In this document: in pieces, positions 37,046 through 49,790 of the stretch | How positions within the stretch are numbered: the first letter of the stretch is position 1 | How the letters are laid out: each line of letters opens with the position of its first letter | Assembly (NCBI RefSeq): GCF_016433145.1 | Contig: NC_058133.1 | Location: forward strand, 80,744,689-80,808,688 | Length of the DNA stretch: 64,000 nt | Reading direction: 5' to 3' | Origin: Gracilinanus agilis | Taxonomy: Eukaryota | Translations under genes and position numbers: made by a program | The notes under the pieces: generated by a model | Database searches by the model: none | What the model saw: only the letters and a program-made list of their open reading frames with translations | Told to the model about the DNA's origin: nothing

Positions 37046-38339
37046 GACAATTTTTAATATGGCTTAAAGATAGTAAGTAGATCTGTTTGGTAGATCCTTA
37101 GAAAATGGTTATTATATCATGAACTTATGACTTGAAGAGCTTCAGTCTCTGAAAGTAGTACTATACTTTAATACAGCTTGATATATGTCATGAATTCAGT
37201 AACATGACTATTTTCTGGCTGACACAACTTTAATTATCTTGAATTTCTATTGTTAAAGGAAACTAAAGATATTCAAGGCCGTATCATTCACTATTTGAGG
37301 TTAAAATCACAGAAAAACAAGCATGCCTTCTCAAATTAGTCCTTTGGTCAAAGATAGAATAGTATTTCTACTGGATTATTAGTCTTGCCCTGAATGACAT
37401 TTTTATGTTCTTACATGTTATTGACTTTTTGTAGGAACTGGCCTTTTGCAGAGATACTTGTATATTATTAAATTAGTATCATTGGAATTCTTAGAGCTTA
37501 CTTCCCATCAACAGAAAAATCAAACCTTTGGCCAAGTAAGAATGAGCTATTCAGTGCTTCTTTGCCTTTCCATCAAAGTTGACATCAAAGCCAAGTTTTC
37601 AAAGCCTGGATGTCTCACAAGGACCCTTTAATTAGTTTCATTTTCTGAATTTCACTTTTTAATGGTATTTTTCATAGATGAAGGAAAATTTATGTTTGAT
37701 CTTTAATGGGCAAACTTTTTTTCAATAAGTAATAACATTTCAGTTGATCCCTGGTGACCCTCTTAATTTAGGCAGAACTGATAGACGGGAAAACACTAGT
37801 TCTGAAGTCAGAAGACATGAGTTCAAATGTTACCTCTGATGCTACTCTTATATCCTTGGGCACGGCAATAGAGTATAAGGCAGTTTATATTACAGGGAGA
37901 GTGCCAAACCTAGAGTTAGGAATTCATGAGTTCATTTCCAGTCTTGGACACTTAATTGTAAACCTGGGCAAGTCATTTAACCTATTTCTACCTCAGTTTC
38001 CTCATCTATAAAATTGGGGACATTTTTTGAGAATTATCTCTATATAAAATTGATGCTATCCTTGGTGAAAACATGATAAAAAGGAATGGAGGAAATCTTT
38101 TGAGGTTTAATTTTCTAAAGTAAATCATTTCTGTCTAGTCATAGTTGATGGAGAGTTTACAGTATATAAGATACTGCTGTGTTATTATATATTGATTACA
38201 AAAGAACATTTCACTCAGTAAAGCAAAATGCAAATCTAAAAGCTATTCTCCAATAATATATCTGCCATGAATGTTAAATCATTGAATGATAGATGCAACT
38301 ATAAAGGTGATTTTGATTATTCTCAGTATCAGCATCAAG

Positions 38340-38570
38340 GAATGCAGCAAGGGTGAGCCATGGATAAAGCTCTGAGCCTGGTATCAGGAAAACATGAGTT
38401 CAAATATGGTCTCAGATACTTACTAGCCAGCTTTAAAATGGGGATAAAAATAATACCTACCTCTCACAGTTGTTGAGAAGGTCAAATGAGATAATATTTG
38501 TAAAGTGCATAACAGTGTCTGGCACATAAAAGGTGCTATATAAAGGCTTAACCTTCCCATCTTTTCCTTC
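38340..38570 (+). mobile_element. MIR-type SINE
   Basis: tggataaagctctgagcctggtatcaggaaaacatgagttcaaat..aaaatggggataaaaataatacctacctc..ggcacataa. Confidence 0.7.
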
Positions 38571-41500
38571 CCAAAGGAGATGTATGCCACACAAAGGTGT
38601 TGAGTAACATCATGGAGGATGTCCTGTGCAAAGTCAAAAAAATTCTCATAGATGGTGAGAAATAGGTTGTTTAGATAGTCCTGCTGGCAGATAATATTGT
38701 CATCAGAAAGGCAGTAAGTAGAGATCACAGGGATCCTCCTACAGAGCATCTTTGACAGTATTCATCCAATTGCAGTTTTAAGACTCCTTGGTAGAAGGGA
38801 GGAACTTCTGAGGAAGCCCATTACTTTTTGGATAGCTCTAATTATTGGAAAGTTTTTCATTATATCAGGTCACACTCTCTTTACGTCCTTCAGGAATTAC
38901 TCCAAATTCAGCCATCTGGGACTAAGCAAAGCAAGTCTGGTCTGCCATCTATGTGTCACTCCTTCAGATTCTTGAAGACAGTTAGTGTCTTCCCTGTTAA
39001 CTAAGAATACCCTGAAGTGTGCCATCTATGACTTCATCCAAGCCATTGAGAAACACATTGAATGGCATAAAGCCAAAGACCCATCAGAGATTACCATCTA
39101 AATCAAAAAAAGAAAAATGAGCTTAAATCCAACATGGTTCTGTTGATCTAGTCTCAACATATTTTTTGAAAACTAGCACTCTACTAAAGTATTTTATAGA
39201 CTTTGTCATGCTTTAAAAATATCAACTATTATTATTAGCAGGGTCCACATTGGGTTTTAATTTGTATTGTCCAGATTATGATAACTAATTGAATGAATAG
39301 CCTATTGAGTCAGACCATTAATATGCTGATTATTGCTGGGCAAGCACTTCAGCTAGACAGTGATCTGGGTCTGGAATTGAATAGACTATTGGGATGAATC
39401 TCATTTTTTTTTTTTGCTTTACATGATCTGAAGCTATTCCTTGCAGTCTTTCTAAAAATCCATTTAACATGATTCTCTTATATGTCTGTAGATTATAGGG
39501 CACTATAATCTCCTAAGCATCAAAAATAGCCCTTGGAGCAATGAAGTACCCACAAGGTAGACACGAGTAGGCTACAGCACTTTATGCTGGGTGTCTTGGG
39601 CATTTATGGAGTGAGAGTAAAGGATAATAACTGTACTGTTCAAATGTTGCCCTGGAATCCATGAAATGTTAAAAAGAATCTGGGAAGAGGAATCTAGCAT
39701 TTTGGATAGATTCTCTTTGGACAGTTTACAAGGAGACAAGTATAAGAATCCCATTGGAGAGAATGTCATTGAGGCACTATCCACTGATAGATTTGAGAAG
39801 GAAATGTCCCCACAATACTTATTAAGGTTCATTGCATTTTGTATTTTTGGTGGGTTAATGGAGGGATCAAAATGAAAGAAGTGTTGAGACTTTGGAGTAT
39901 TTTATATATAAGGAATATCTGATTTCCTTATGGAAGTTTTAGAATCTAGTTTCCTATAAAGCTTCTTAAAGGTGCTAAATTCTGTCTACCTTTTTTGTGT
40001 GCTAGATTTTTTGTGTCATTAGCTTAGGGAACTCCTGGTGAAGGAGTTTCCTTTTCCCAGGTCAGATTGGCAAATTGATTTGCAGCTTTAAAAGTCTAAG
40101 AATTACTGTCTAGAATACATAATATGTATTCATTCTATGGCTTGTAATAATAACCTGAGAGATTAAGTGATATGTCTCGGGTCATAGACTGGATGTGTCA
40201 GAGGCAGAGATTGAATCTGGTGCTTCTTTTCTTTGAGACCAACATTCCATCCACTATATAATACTGCATGATATACTTGAAAATTTCATCATTTCTTACT
40301 GTGAATTTTCATCCTAAGACTTGAATTTGCACCAAATGTTGACTTTTCTTCATACACAGCAGCCTATAGGGGCAGCTAACAGTTTGCAAAAGCCTATCAA
40401 CTTCGATTTTCCATCTTTTTAGGAGAGAGTGTCCATGTGACATTTGGACAACTTGTTTGGTGTAGCTTTCTCTTGTGTTTTCTAAAGTCATTCAATTAGA
40501 TTAACATTGCTCTAATATTTTTATCTTCTCTCTCTATTTTCGTGGAGAGAAATAGAGTTTGGAGCAGAATTTCTGAAATAAAACTTTTGAGATTTTGAAA
40601 ATGTAATAGTATATTCATCATCTTTCACAGTCAATACTCCATGATCTTTCCATGTGGGCAGCAAGGATGACCTCCAAGAGGCATAGTTCAAACATTTTTC
40701 ATTAATTTGGATAGTTAAGTGACTTACCAATGGTCAAGCAGCTTTTAAATGTAAGTCTTGAGACAAACTCAAGGCTTCAGCTTCCTCAAACTGATACTCT
40801 TTTCACCATACTAGGAAAAGTACTTGGTTTTAATATTTATAAAACATATGCATCATTGAATCTCAGTATTGATTTTGAAGCACTTTGACTTTCTATCACA
40901 ATGGATTTTAGGGAAATTCTTGAACAAATCTCTTTTAAAAGTTTGGCAGATAATTTTGGAGAATTGAGTTGAAGGGAAAGAGGAAATCAAACAATGTTAA
41001 GATGTCACAAGTTCTAGAAAATAGGTGAATTTCATGGACAGGTTTTAATGATTTGATGAAAACGGTTAATACGTAATACTTGGATAGATGCACATTTTCA
41101 TTTATAGGTGTACTTGTTCCTTAGTTAAGATCCTATTGCCCATTTATTCTTGCATAATTCTTGTCTATCTCTTATCAAAAATCCTTTGTAGGTGTAAAAT
41201 ATATATACAATATGTACTAAGGCTTTTCTCTAGGTCTTTATAAATTATAACTGAAATAATAAGTGATATAATTTAGAATTCATTTATATAATCTTGGGAT
41301 TAAATTGTGCAGTTGTCTTATTTTCCCCACCTTGCTTGAACATTAGCTATAACATTAGCTATAACTATATAAGTTGGTTTTTTAAAATCTTTTTAAACAT
41401 GTGGCTTTTCATTGGTCATCACCATAATACTTTTGTTAATCTTGCATGTAAATTACTTAGGTTAGTGTATCTTGACCCTTTTTCTAAGATTATGACATCA

Positions 41501-43254
41501 CAGAATTTTTCCCTCAGGTTCTGACCTCTACATGTCAGCTTCTACTACCATCACTGGGCAAATAGATTGGAAAATGGTTGGGATATAATTCACTTAGCTG
41601 GTGGCCTGACATGTAATGAGTTGATCACTACAATATAATGAACTACATTTCCCCAGTATGTAATCGGTTTCCTCCAACTTTGCCAGGCACTTTTGGAGGT
41701 AGTACTCTCTCTCTCTTGAAGCTAGAGAAATGTTTGTTACCTTGAAAATCTGAAAGAATAACTCCTCCTAAAGCACTTCTAAATTGATACTGTAAAGCAA
41801 CTTGGGCATTTTGTAGACCTGGTTCATTTTTTAATAATAGTAACAACAATAAGGCTAGCATTCTTCCATGTTGTCCTTTCACCTTCTCCTCCCTCCCCCA
41901 AAATCCAACCCATTATCCATGGTGGTAAGGCAGTAATAAAATAAGAGAAATACAGCCAGTACAGGGTATAGGGCAGACTTTATTTGTCTTGAGATTACTA
42001 AGTTGTCTTCTGTGAAGTAATGGCAGAAACATTGAAACCACTGGCTGATTTGTATCTGTCAATACCACTGATGAGGTCAGCTCCTCAGTCAGTGTGGTGA
42101 CATTCTCTCTATGAAGCTAAGGATTTAAATAGAGGCATATTGATGTTATTGGCTGGTGGTTCTACTTGAAACAGTCATCATCAGCTTGACATGGAGGATA
42201 GCAGAGCTCTCCTTCTTGTTCTGGTACCCCCAACCTGCTGCAATTACTTGAATGCAGATGGCACTGGCTACGAAAGCAAGCCAGTCATGAGCAGTTCATA
42301 AAATGAGCTAAAAATGGGTTTATGATGGCAACTCAGAACCAGGTTATTGTCACCAGAAATAACAGAAGGTTTTATCCTTAAAAGAGTCTAGACATTGTGA
42401 TCCATGTAGATGATATATGGAAGACAGTGGAGATGGTATAACATCCCAATAAGCTGTAAAAATTTAACACCTGCCAAATACCTAGCAAGACATGACCTGG
42501 GGAGTAGAATTACATATCAGAAGCCTTCCATATTTCATTGACTGACAGACAACAAATCCCATACTATAAATACAGTTCTCAAAATATCCTGGAGAACTCA
42601 ACTTATAAATTGTTCTGGAACTGGAACATTATTACAGACTAAGACATAACATTGATTCATTAAAATTTAAGAATAACTCCTAAAGCAGTTGTCTTTATTC
42701 TGAATACATCCAAACTACATGGGAGCCTTCAGAGCATAGACTTTTTGTACCAAGATGTGCCAAGGATATTTCAAAGAACCTACAAAGGATGGAGTTACAT
42801 TTTAGTACTTTCCTTTGACCAGAAAAAGATGTTTTATTTATTTTATATCTATAGTAAGATAATGTCTTGTCCACAACTATATCTAATTAAAACCCCCTTT
42901 AAAAAGATTAGGACAAGATTATACTATCAATGGCTGATATTTATGTAGAACTTTAAAGATATAAACTTATCTCATTTTAGTCTCACAACAATCCTGGAAG
43001 GTAGAACTTAACAGATATTATCTCTGTTCTACAGATGAGGAAACTGAAGCTCCTCTGAGATTTAAATGATTTTGCCATGGTTATGTAGATAGTAAGAGCC
43101 AGATTTGCCAGCACCTTTCACTAATGCCATGCTACCCTATTATACCTCTTTTTCCTAACTAACACTATCAACATGGAATTGGAGAAAGAGTACTAGATAT
43201 AAGATTTATACTAGACCTAGGTACAAATGTCAGTTCTGTTATTACTGGGTAATC

Positions 43255-43850
43255 TTAATTTTTTAAAATATTTTTTAAAATTCTTAACTTAGCAACCACC
43301 AATCAAGATGAACATTTATATGTACAAATTAGAATAGACAAATAGAAAGGTAAATGGAATGATTATATCAGCTTGCTTTTTATTTTAAGTATATTTTCTG
43401 TGCCTGATCTCAGCCTTATTTAATAGGCCAAAAAGCAACATGTAACTTTCAAAGCTGTCTTGCTTTTTATAATTCTTTCTCTGCTTTTCTGTGCCTTTTA
43501 AAGAAATATTTCAGTGCTCCTCCTTTTTCCTCCTGCAGCCCTATTGCTATTCTCCTCTTATCTACCCACTTATCCTCCCATTTTTAGAAAAAAAAACCAA
43601 AAATTTTATAATAAATAAACATATCAAAAAAACACAAATTTCCAAATTACCAGTGTCTGAAAATGCATGTCTCCTTCTGCATCTTAATTCCCATCACCTT
43701 ATTGTCAGAAAAGGGTAAAATGCTTTATCTTTGGTCCTCTGGAATCATTGCATTGATTAAAATTTAGGTCTTCCAGGGTTGTCTTCTTTATAGCATTGTT
43801 ATTATTGTGTAAATTGTTGTAGTTCTCTTTCCTTCACTCTTATCAGTGCA
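43255..43850 (-). mobile_element. Old L1 3' UTR fragment (antisense)
   Basis: T-rich start then tcctctggaatcattg...ttattgtgtaaattgttgtagttctctttccttcactct, resembling the copies at 31.3 kb and 49.0 kb. Confidence 0.55.
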
Positions 43851-46091
43851 TTATAAAATGACCTTTGCCAAGTTACTTAACTCAGAGAACAATCAGTTGC
43901 CTCATCTGTAAAATAAAGAAAACAATATATGTAAGTACTTATTCCTCACCGTTGATATGTGGACCAACTGAGATAATGTATGATAATATTACTAGAATAA
44001 ATACTGTTAAAATTCACCTTAAGATTCTTATATTTGATATTGACTTCATAGCTCTTTTTTGCAATTTTAACAATCACAGAGGATTCCATATCCATTTCCC
44101 TTCATTTAATTATATATGTCTGGTTGATACATTTCCTTTTCCTTATATTTCTATAGCTAGTTTAAAATTTTACTTTCATCTTTCCACTCACAGATTTGAA
44201 TGCTTGCCACTCTAGATACAAACCAAGAGTGGTGTGAGAATTATTTGGAATTAAATTTATTGACTTATTGGAATCTTTAACTTTTTGCATCTTAAAAATC
44301 CCATTTAGTTGCAATACAACTTTTTTCTGTAATCATTTGTTTTACATGATTTACATGGCAGTCATGAGGTTTGAACACATTCTGTAATTCATCATGGAAC
44401 CATAATTTTATTACAATGAATATTAAGTGTACTTTGGCAGAGTTAATTTTTTTCCAAGTTGAGTTTTGTCTTTGTGTTCTAGGTGGCCTTGCATAATGCC
44501 TTGCACATAGTATGTGCTCCATGTTTGTTGAATTTGTTCAACTGAATCTACCCCTGATGACTATCACCCTCAGTCAGGTCTTATCAGCAAGGCCACACTC
44601 AATTTTTTTCATTTTGTCTGAAACAAGAAGTTAGCAGGTGTTTCAAAATCCATGTGCACCTCTCAGCTGCTTTTGATGTCCTGAAAATTATTGTAGCTCT
44701 GTTTATTTTATTTTTAAAATTCTTTTTTTTGCTGATGTTACTATAAAGCTCACTTTTCTGGAATGAGTAGAATGAAAAGAAATGGTGCTTAATTGAGCAA
44801 CTACTCATTATACTAGGAATGATGAGGGGCAGCTTCCCATTTTCTTCCTATTTGATATATTTTCTTTAAGGAAAAAATGCTTGACACCCTCTGGAGAACT
44901 GTTCTTTTTGATGGCAGAGGAACAATTTCCTTACACTTTCTTTCATTTTGTCTCTGGAACTATGCATGTGTGTATATATTTATCAGTTTAAATATATATA
45001 TATTTTATATGCATAAATATATATAATCAGTAAGACTAATTACCTCTGTGCCTTTCTCATAAAATATAAGCTCCCTGAGGTCATATACTGGTTTGTTTTT
45101 CACTTTGTATCTCCATCCCCTGACATGTAGTAGACTTCTAATAAATGCTGGTTCACTTAAGTTATGGTGTTTAATAATAGACTGGGAGAGGAGGGGGGTG
45201 GAAAAAGAGTCCAGTTAAACAATTCTTTGAAACATACAGTAGAATGATCTCTTAAATTTTTCTTTAGCAATGAATGATTTATAAATAAATCTATTAGAAT
45301 GAAATATTCATCAATGTTAGATATAAAGGAGATGGTGGATGTGGGGAAAAGCCTATCCATTGGAACGCATATAGTATGTGGAGGAAATGTTGGGGAAAGA
45401 GGACTGGACAGACAGTCCAAGATCTAAATCCTGTCCCTGGCTCTACTATTAGTTTTTTCTGAGGATCTTGATCAGTTCACAACTTCCCTATGCCATAATC
45501 TCAGAGAATGGCACAATTTGAGAATTGGAGGGAATTTCATTGACCATCCATTCCAGTCCATACTCCAACAATTAAAATAAAGTAATTTATTATTTATTAA
45601 ATTAATTTAATTTAAAAATAAAACATAACTAGAAGCGCTTTCTTCACATGTCAGAGATAAGAAGCATTTATTAAGCATCTTCTGTGTGCTAATTCCTGAA
45701 CTGAAAATTCTAGAAATAATAAAAGACAGACTCTGGTTTCAAAGGAATTCTCAGTCCAAGTGGGGAGACAAGACACAAACAACTATATACTTGTCTTTTC
45801 CATCTCAGAAGGAAATGCTATGTTATGCTTCATTTATTGCTGTCTCCCAGGTGCAAAGTTTATAGTAGGGAGAAGCCTAAGGAACTAATGTCCTTTACCA
45901 CTTCATAGGAAAACTAATTCCAAACTGAGCTTGTTTCTGGGAACAATTTGATATTCATTCTTTGCTTCCTGATTAGGGTTCATTCATGGATTTGCATTTT
46001 GTAACTGTATATGTGTATTTTTACTTAACACAGTCAAGGGATTTGGGAATGCCTAATTAATGAAAAATAACTTGTCTACGTTTTTTTTTTT

Positions 46092-46291
46092 CTTTTTTTA
46101 AGCCCTTACCTTCTGTTTTAGAATCAATACTAAGTATTAGTTCCAAGACAGAAGAGCAGTAAGAGCTAGGCAATGGGGATTAGGTGACTTGCCCCATGTC
46201 ACACAGCTAGGAAGTGTTTGAAGTCAGATTTGAACCCTGGATCTTCCATCTCTAGGTCTGGCTCTCTGTCTGCTGAAACACCTTGCTGCCC
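46092..46291 (-). mobile_element. SINE1_Mdo-like CORE-SINE
   Basis: T-tail then aagcccttaccttctgttttagaatcaatac..gagctaggcaatgggg..gtgacttgcc..gatttgaaccc..gctgccc. Confidence 0.87.
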
Positions 46292-49009
46292 TTTAAAAGT
46301 ACAATAGTCTTAAGTCTTAATAGACAATCTGTATTTTAATATGGGAATAGATGCATTTGATATTCTCATTGAAAGGGGAGATACCTTCAAACTCCTTTAG
46401 GTTTCTTGTGGGTTTTGAAGAATTATGTGCTCTTTCCTATTTTGGGTAAGACCCATGTTTTTCATTTATAACATATGATCATTTGTTTTCTGGAGGCTAG
46501 CAACAAGGGTCAGATGTGTTGTGAATTTTCCTCCGCTAGGCAATCCTGGTTTTGATTGATGAGATTCAGATATGACTTGAAGAATGTCTCTTTACTACTT
46601 TGGGTTTTTTGAGGACATGGTAAAATTTGGCTAAGAGAAGATTCAGAATGGGCAGCTGATTACTCAAATTAGGAGATACTCACTTTGGATTACCATCAAT
46701 GGAGCTACTGAGCTCTGAGTCTACAAGACCAAATTTCTGTTCTGAAATTATTATTTATAGTTGAATGCAGTTTATCCAAAAAATGGCAAGGAAAGTGAAT
46801 TGTTGCAAATTAATTAAATGCTCTTCTTTGATCCTTCCCCATTCCTCCTCATCCTCCAATAATATTGAGTGACTTTTATGGGAGGCAATATAGTGTAATG
46901 AAGAGAATGTGGTTCTTTTAAACCTGATTGGGCTTGTTCCTAGCTGTGTAATCCTCTTAGGGCCAATATTTTAATCAATCAAATAAGAATAACACTACTT
47001 TTACCACCTGCCCTATTGGCTGATTATGAGAAGGGTGCTTTGTAAACCTTAGAGTACTGTAGAAATGTGAGCTGTTGCTGTTATACTAATGTAGTCAGTG
47101 ATGAGCCTCTTCCAGTGATAATAACTCATTTAAGGAAGTAGAACAAATAGTAAAGTTGCTCAGTTTCTCCCACTGCTTTCCCCAGAGGATCCGGCATGGT
47201 GATTTATATTGTTTTTACTTCATTTTTGGTGACATGACTCACAGTTTTTTTATGAATTAGTTCAATGGAGTCTGAAAGAGCTGGGTACAAATCTCACTTC
47301 TAACTCTAGCTCGGTGACTATGGTCAAATGGCTTAAATCCTCAGACCCTCAATTTCTACTTCTATGAAATGGGGATCTTAGGACTGTTGTAAGGATCAAA
47401 TGAGATAATGTATGTAAAGTGCTTTTAAACTTTAAGGTGCTATATGAACTTTAGCTATCATTGTTAGTGATAGCAAAATAACAAAATAACAAATTCTGAG
47501 ATGAATGATGCTGAATAGGGTGTATTTGCTCATACATTTGAACCTTCCACCACTCTCATATTCAGAAAACTTTTCATTGTATTACTGTTCAAATGTTATT
47601 CTAGTAATGTCTGCTTTCTCCTCAATTCCCCTATTTCTCCCTTCTTCCCTCTTTTATACTATTGATTCCTAACCAGTCTGTCGATATTTATTGAATCCTA
47701 TTCCATGCCCAAGGCACATGTAGACTCTAAAAGAAGTTTCCTTTCTCTCAAGTGTTTTTCAGTCTAATTGTGGCAGCAGTACAAAAACATTTGAAAAGTT
47801 GCATAACAGAGCAAGACAGCTGGACAATAGATGTCATAGGCAGTAGTTGATTAATTGCCAAGTGAGGGACACGTGTTTCAAGTTCAGAGGAGGGTAAAAT
47901 TAATGCCATTTGGATTAGTCAGGGAAGATAAGATGCAAAGAAATGAAAAGGCAATCAAAATTAGGCAACCTATAAATGCTAGATGAATGAGAAGCTCTGT
48001 ATTATTGGAGGTTGGATTAAAGAATTGTGTGTTTTGATGACAATATCAAGATATTGTCTTGATCTCCAAGCTTTGGTTTCCTTGTTAAGTCAAGTCAACC
48101 ACCATATTTTAAGTGCTTACAGTGGACCAAACACTGTGCCTAGGTATAGAAGATTACAAATACAAGCAGAAAGATAGTCCCTGCCCTCAAGGAGCTTATG
48201 CTCTAAGGGGAAAAGGTGACATATTAAAGGAAGCTGTGAAAGATAGAAGGGGAGAGTAGAGAAGAATGAGGGCAGGGCTGGCCTCGGAGCCCAGCTCCCT
48301 TCTCTCCCTTCTCATGAAATTAGGAAGAATAAAACAAGCAGAACCAAAAGAGCATCATATATAGCAACAGAAATATTGTCTGAAGAATTTGTCTGTGTCT
48401 ACCTCCACAGAAAGAACTGATAAATAGAAATAAATAAAACATCGTTTTATATCTTTTTGTCAAATGATGCCTTTTCTAATGGGGGAAGGTGGAAAGGAAA
48501 ATTTAAAAAAAAAATTTAAATGGAAGACCCAGGAGCAGCCAGCCTATTAGAGGAAGGGGCTGCAGGAGAAGCATTTTAGGGTGAGGAATCTAAGGCTGGA
48601 GTGAAACCCCCAGGGTAAAGAGCTGTTTGTGGCTTTACAGAGAAACTCCAGAGAATCAAGAGAAGAGTCAGAGGTGAAATGTCTGTCCAACAAGGGGTCC
48701 TGAACCAGCTGATGAGAAAAGTTCCTTTCATTTCTTAATATTAAAGGAATCTAGAAATTGTAGAAGCAAATATGAAAGGACTTTGGAGGAGAGAGTCTTA
48801 GATTAGGAGTCTAGTTCTAGCCTGCCACAAACTAGCCATTTTGACTGTGGGCATGTCTCTTCTCCCAAAAAGGGCTTCAATCTCCTCATCTCTAGAATGA
48901 AGGTTTGGATTAGATGACTTAGTTTTTTCCAAATCTAAAATTTTATGACTTAACTAATTAATGAGGAATAGAACACCATTGAGTATTTTTAAAATTAGGA
49001 CAGTGACAC

Positions 49010-49790
49010 GAAATCATTTATTTTTAAAAATAAATTTATTTTGATTTCTTTTGCTTTTATATCACCTATATTCTGATATATCCAACCCCCACCTCTCTCT
49101 CTGAAAGCCAACCCTTATTATAATAAAGGGGAAAATGGAGGAGGAAACATTTCACAAAATTAACCAACATATTGAAAAAGTTTGATATTCATGGTCCCCT
49201 ATTTCTACAAATAAGCCAGGGATGCAGTGGATGTATCTTCTCATATCTCTTCATTGCATCCAAGTGTAGCCATTATAATCTTGCAAATTTAGTTTCTTTT
49301 TTATTATAATTCTTTACATTCATATTGTTGTAGTCATTATATACATTGTTTTCCTGGTTCTTCATTCCATTAGTTCAGATATGCCTTCCTGTGCTTCTCT
49401 GTATTATATATTCAGTGTTTCAATCAATACAGCAATATTCCACTACATTAATGTACTATAATTTGTTTAGCTATTTTCCAGTCAGTGAGATTCTACTTTA
49501 TTCATAGTTCTTTGCAACCCCAAAAAGTTCTACTATAAATATAGTGCTATGAAGGGAGACTTTTTTCTTTGGGACATTGACCTCTTTAGGATAGATGCCT
49601 AGCAGTGAAAAATCTGGGTCAGTTAGGGGCATTTTAGTCACTTTCTTTCCATAATTCTAGATAGCTTTCCAGAATGATTATAGCAATTCATAGTTCCACC
49701 AACAATATATTATTGTACCTGTCTTCCATACTCCCTCCAAGGTTAACCATTTCCATCTTTTGTTATCTTTGCCAATTTTCTGAGTGGTAG
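49010..49790 (-). mobile_element. Old L1 3' fragment (3' UTR + end of ORF2, antisense)
   Basis: gcaatattccactacatt..tgcctagcagtg..gctttccagaatg..cattcatagttccaccaacaatatatt..tttgccaattttctg. Confidence 0.75.

Noticed and set aside
39666-39875. 69-aa ORF with natural-looking composition (MLKRIWEEESSILDRFSLD...)
   Set aside because: I do not recognise it, and there are no strong flanking splice signals or poly(A)/TSD signs of a retrocopy. A BLASTp/tBLASTn search would settle it.
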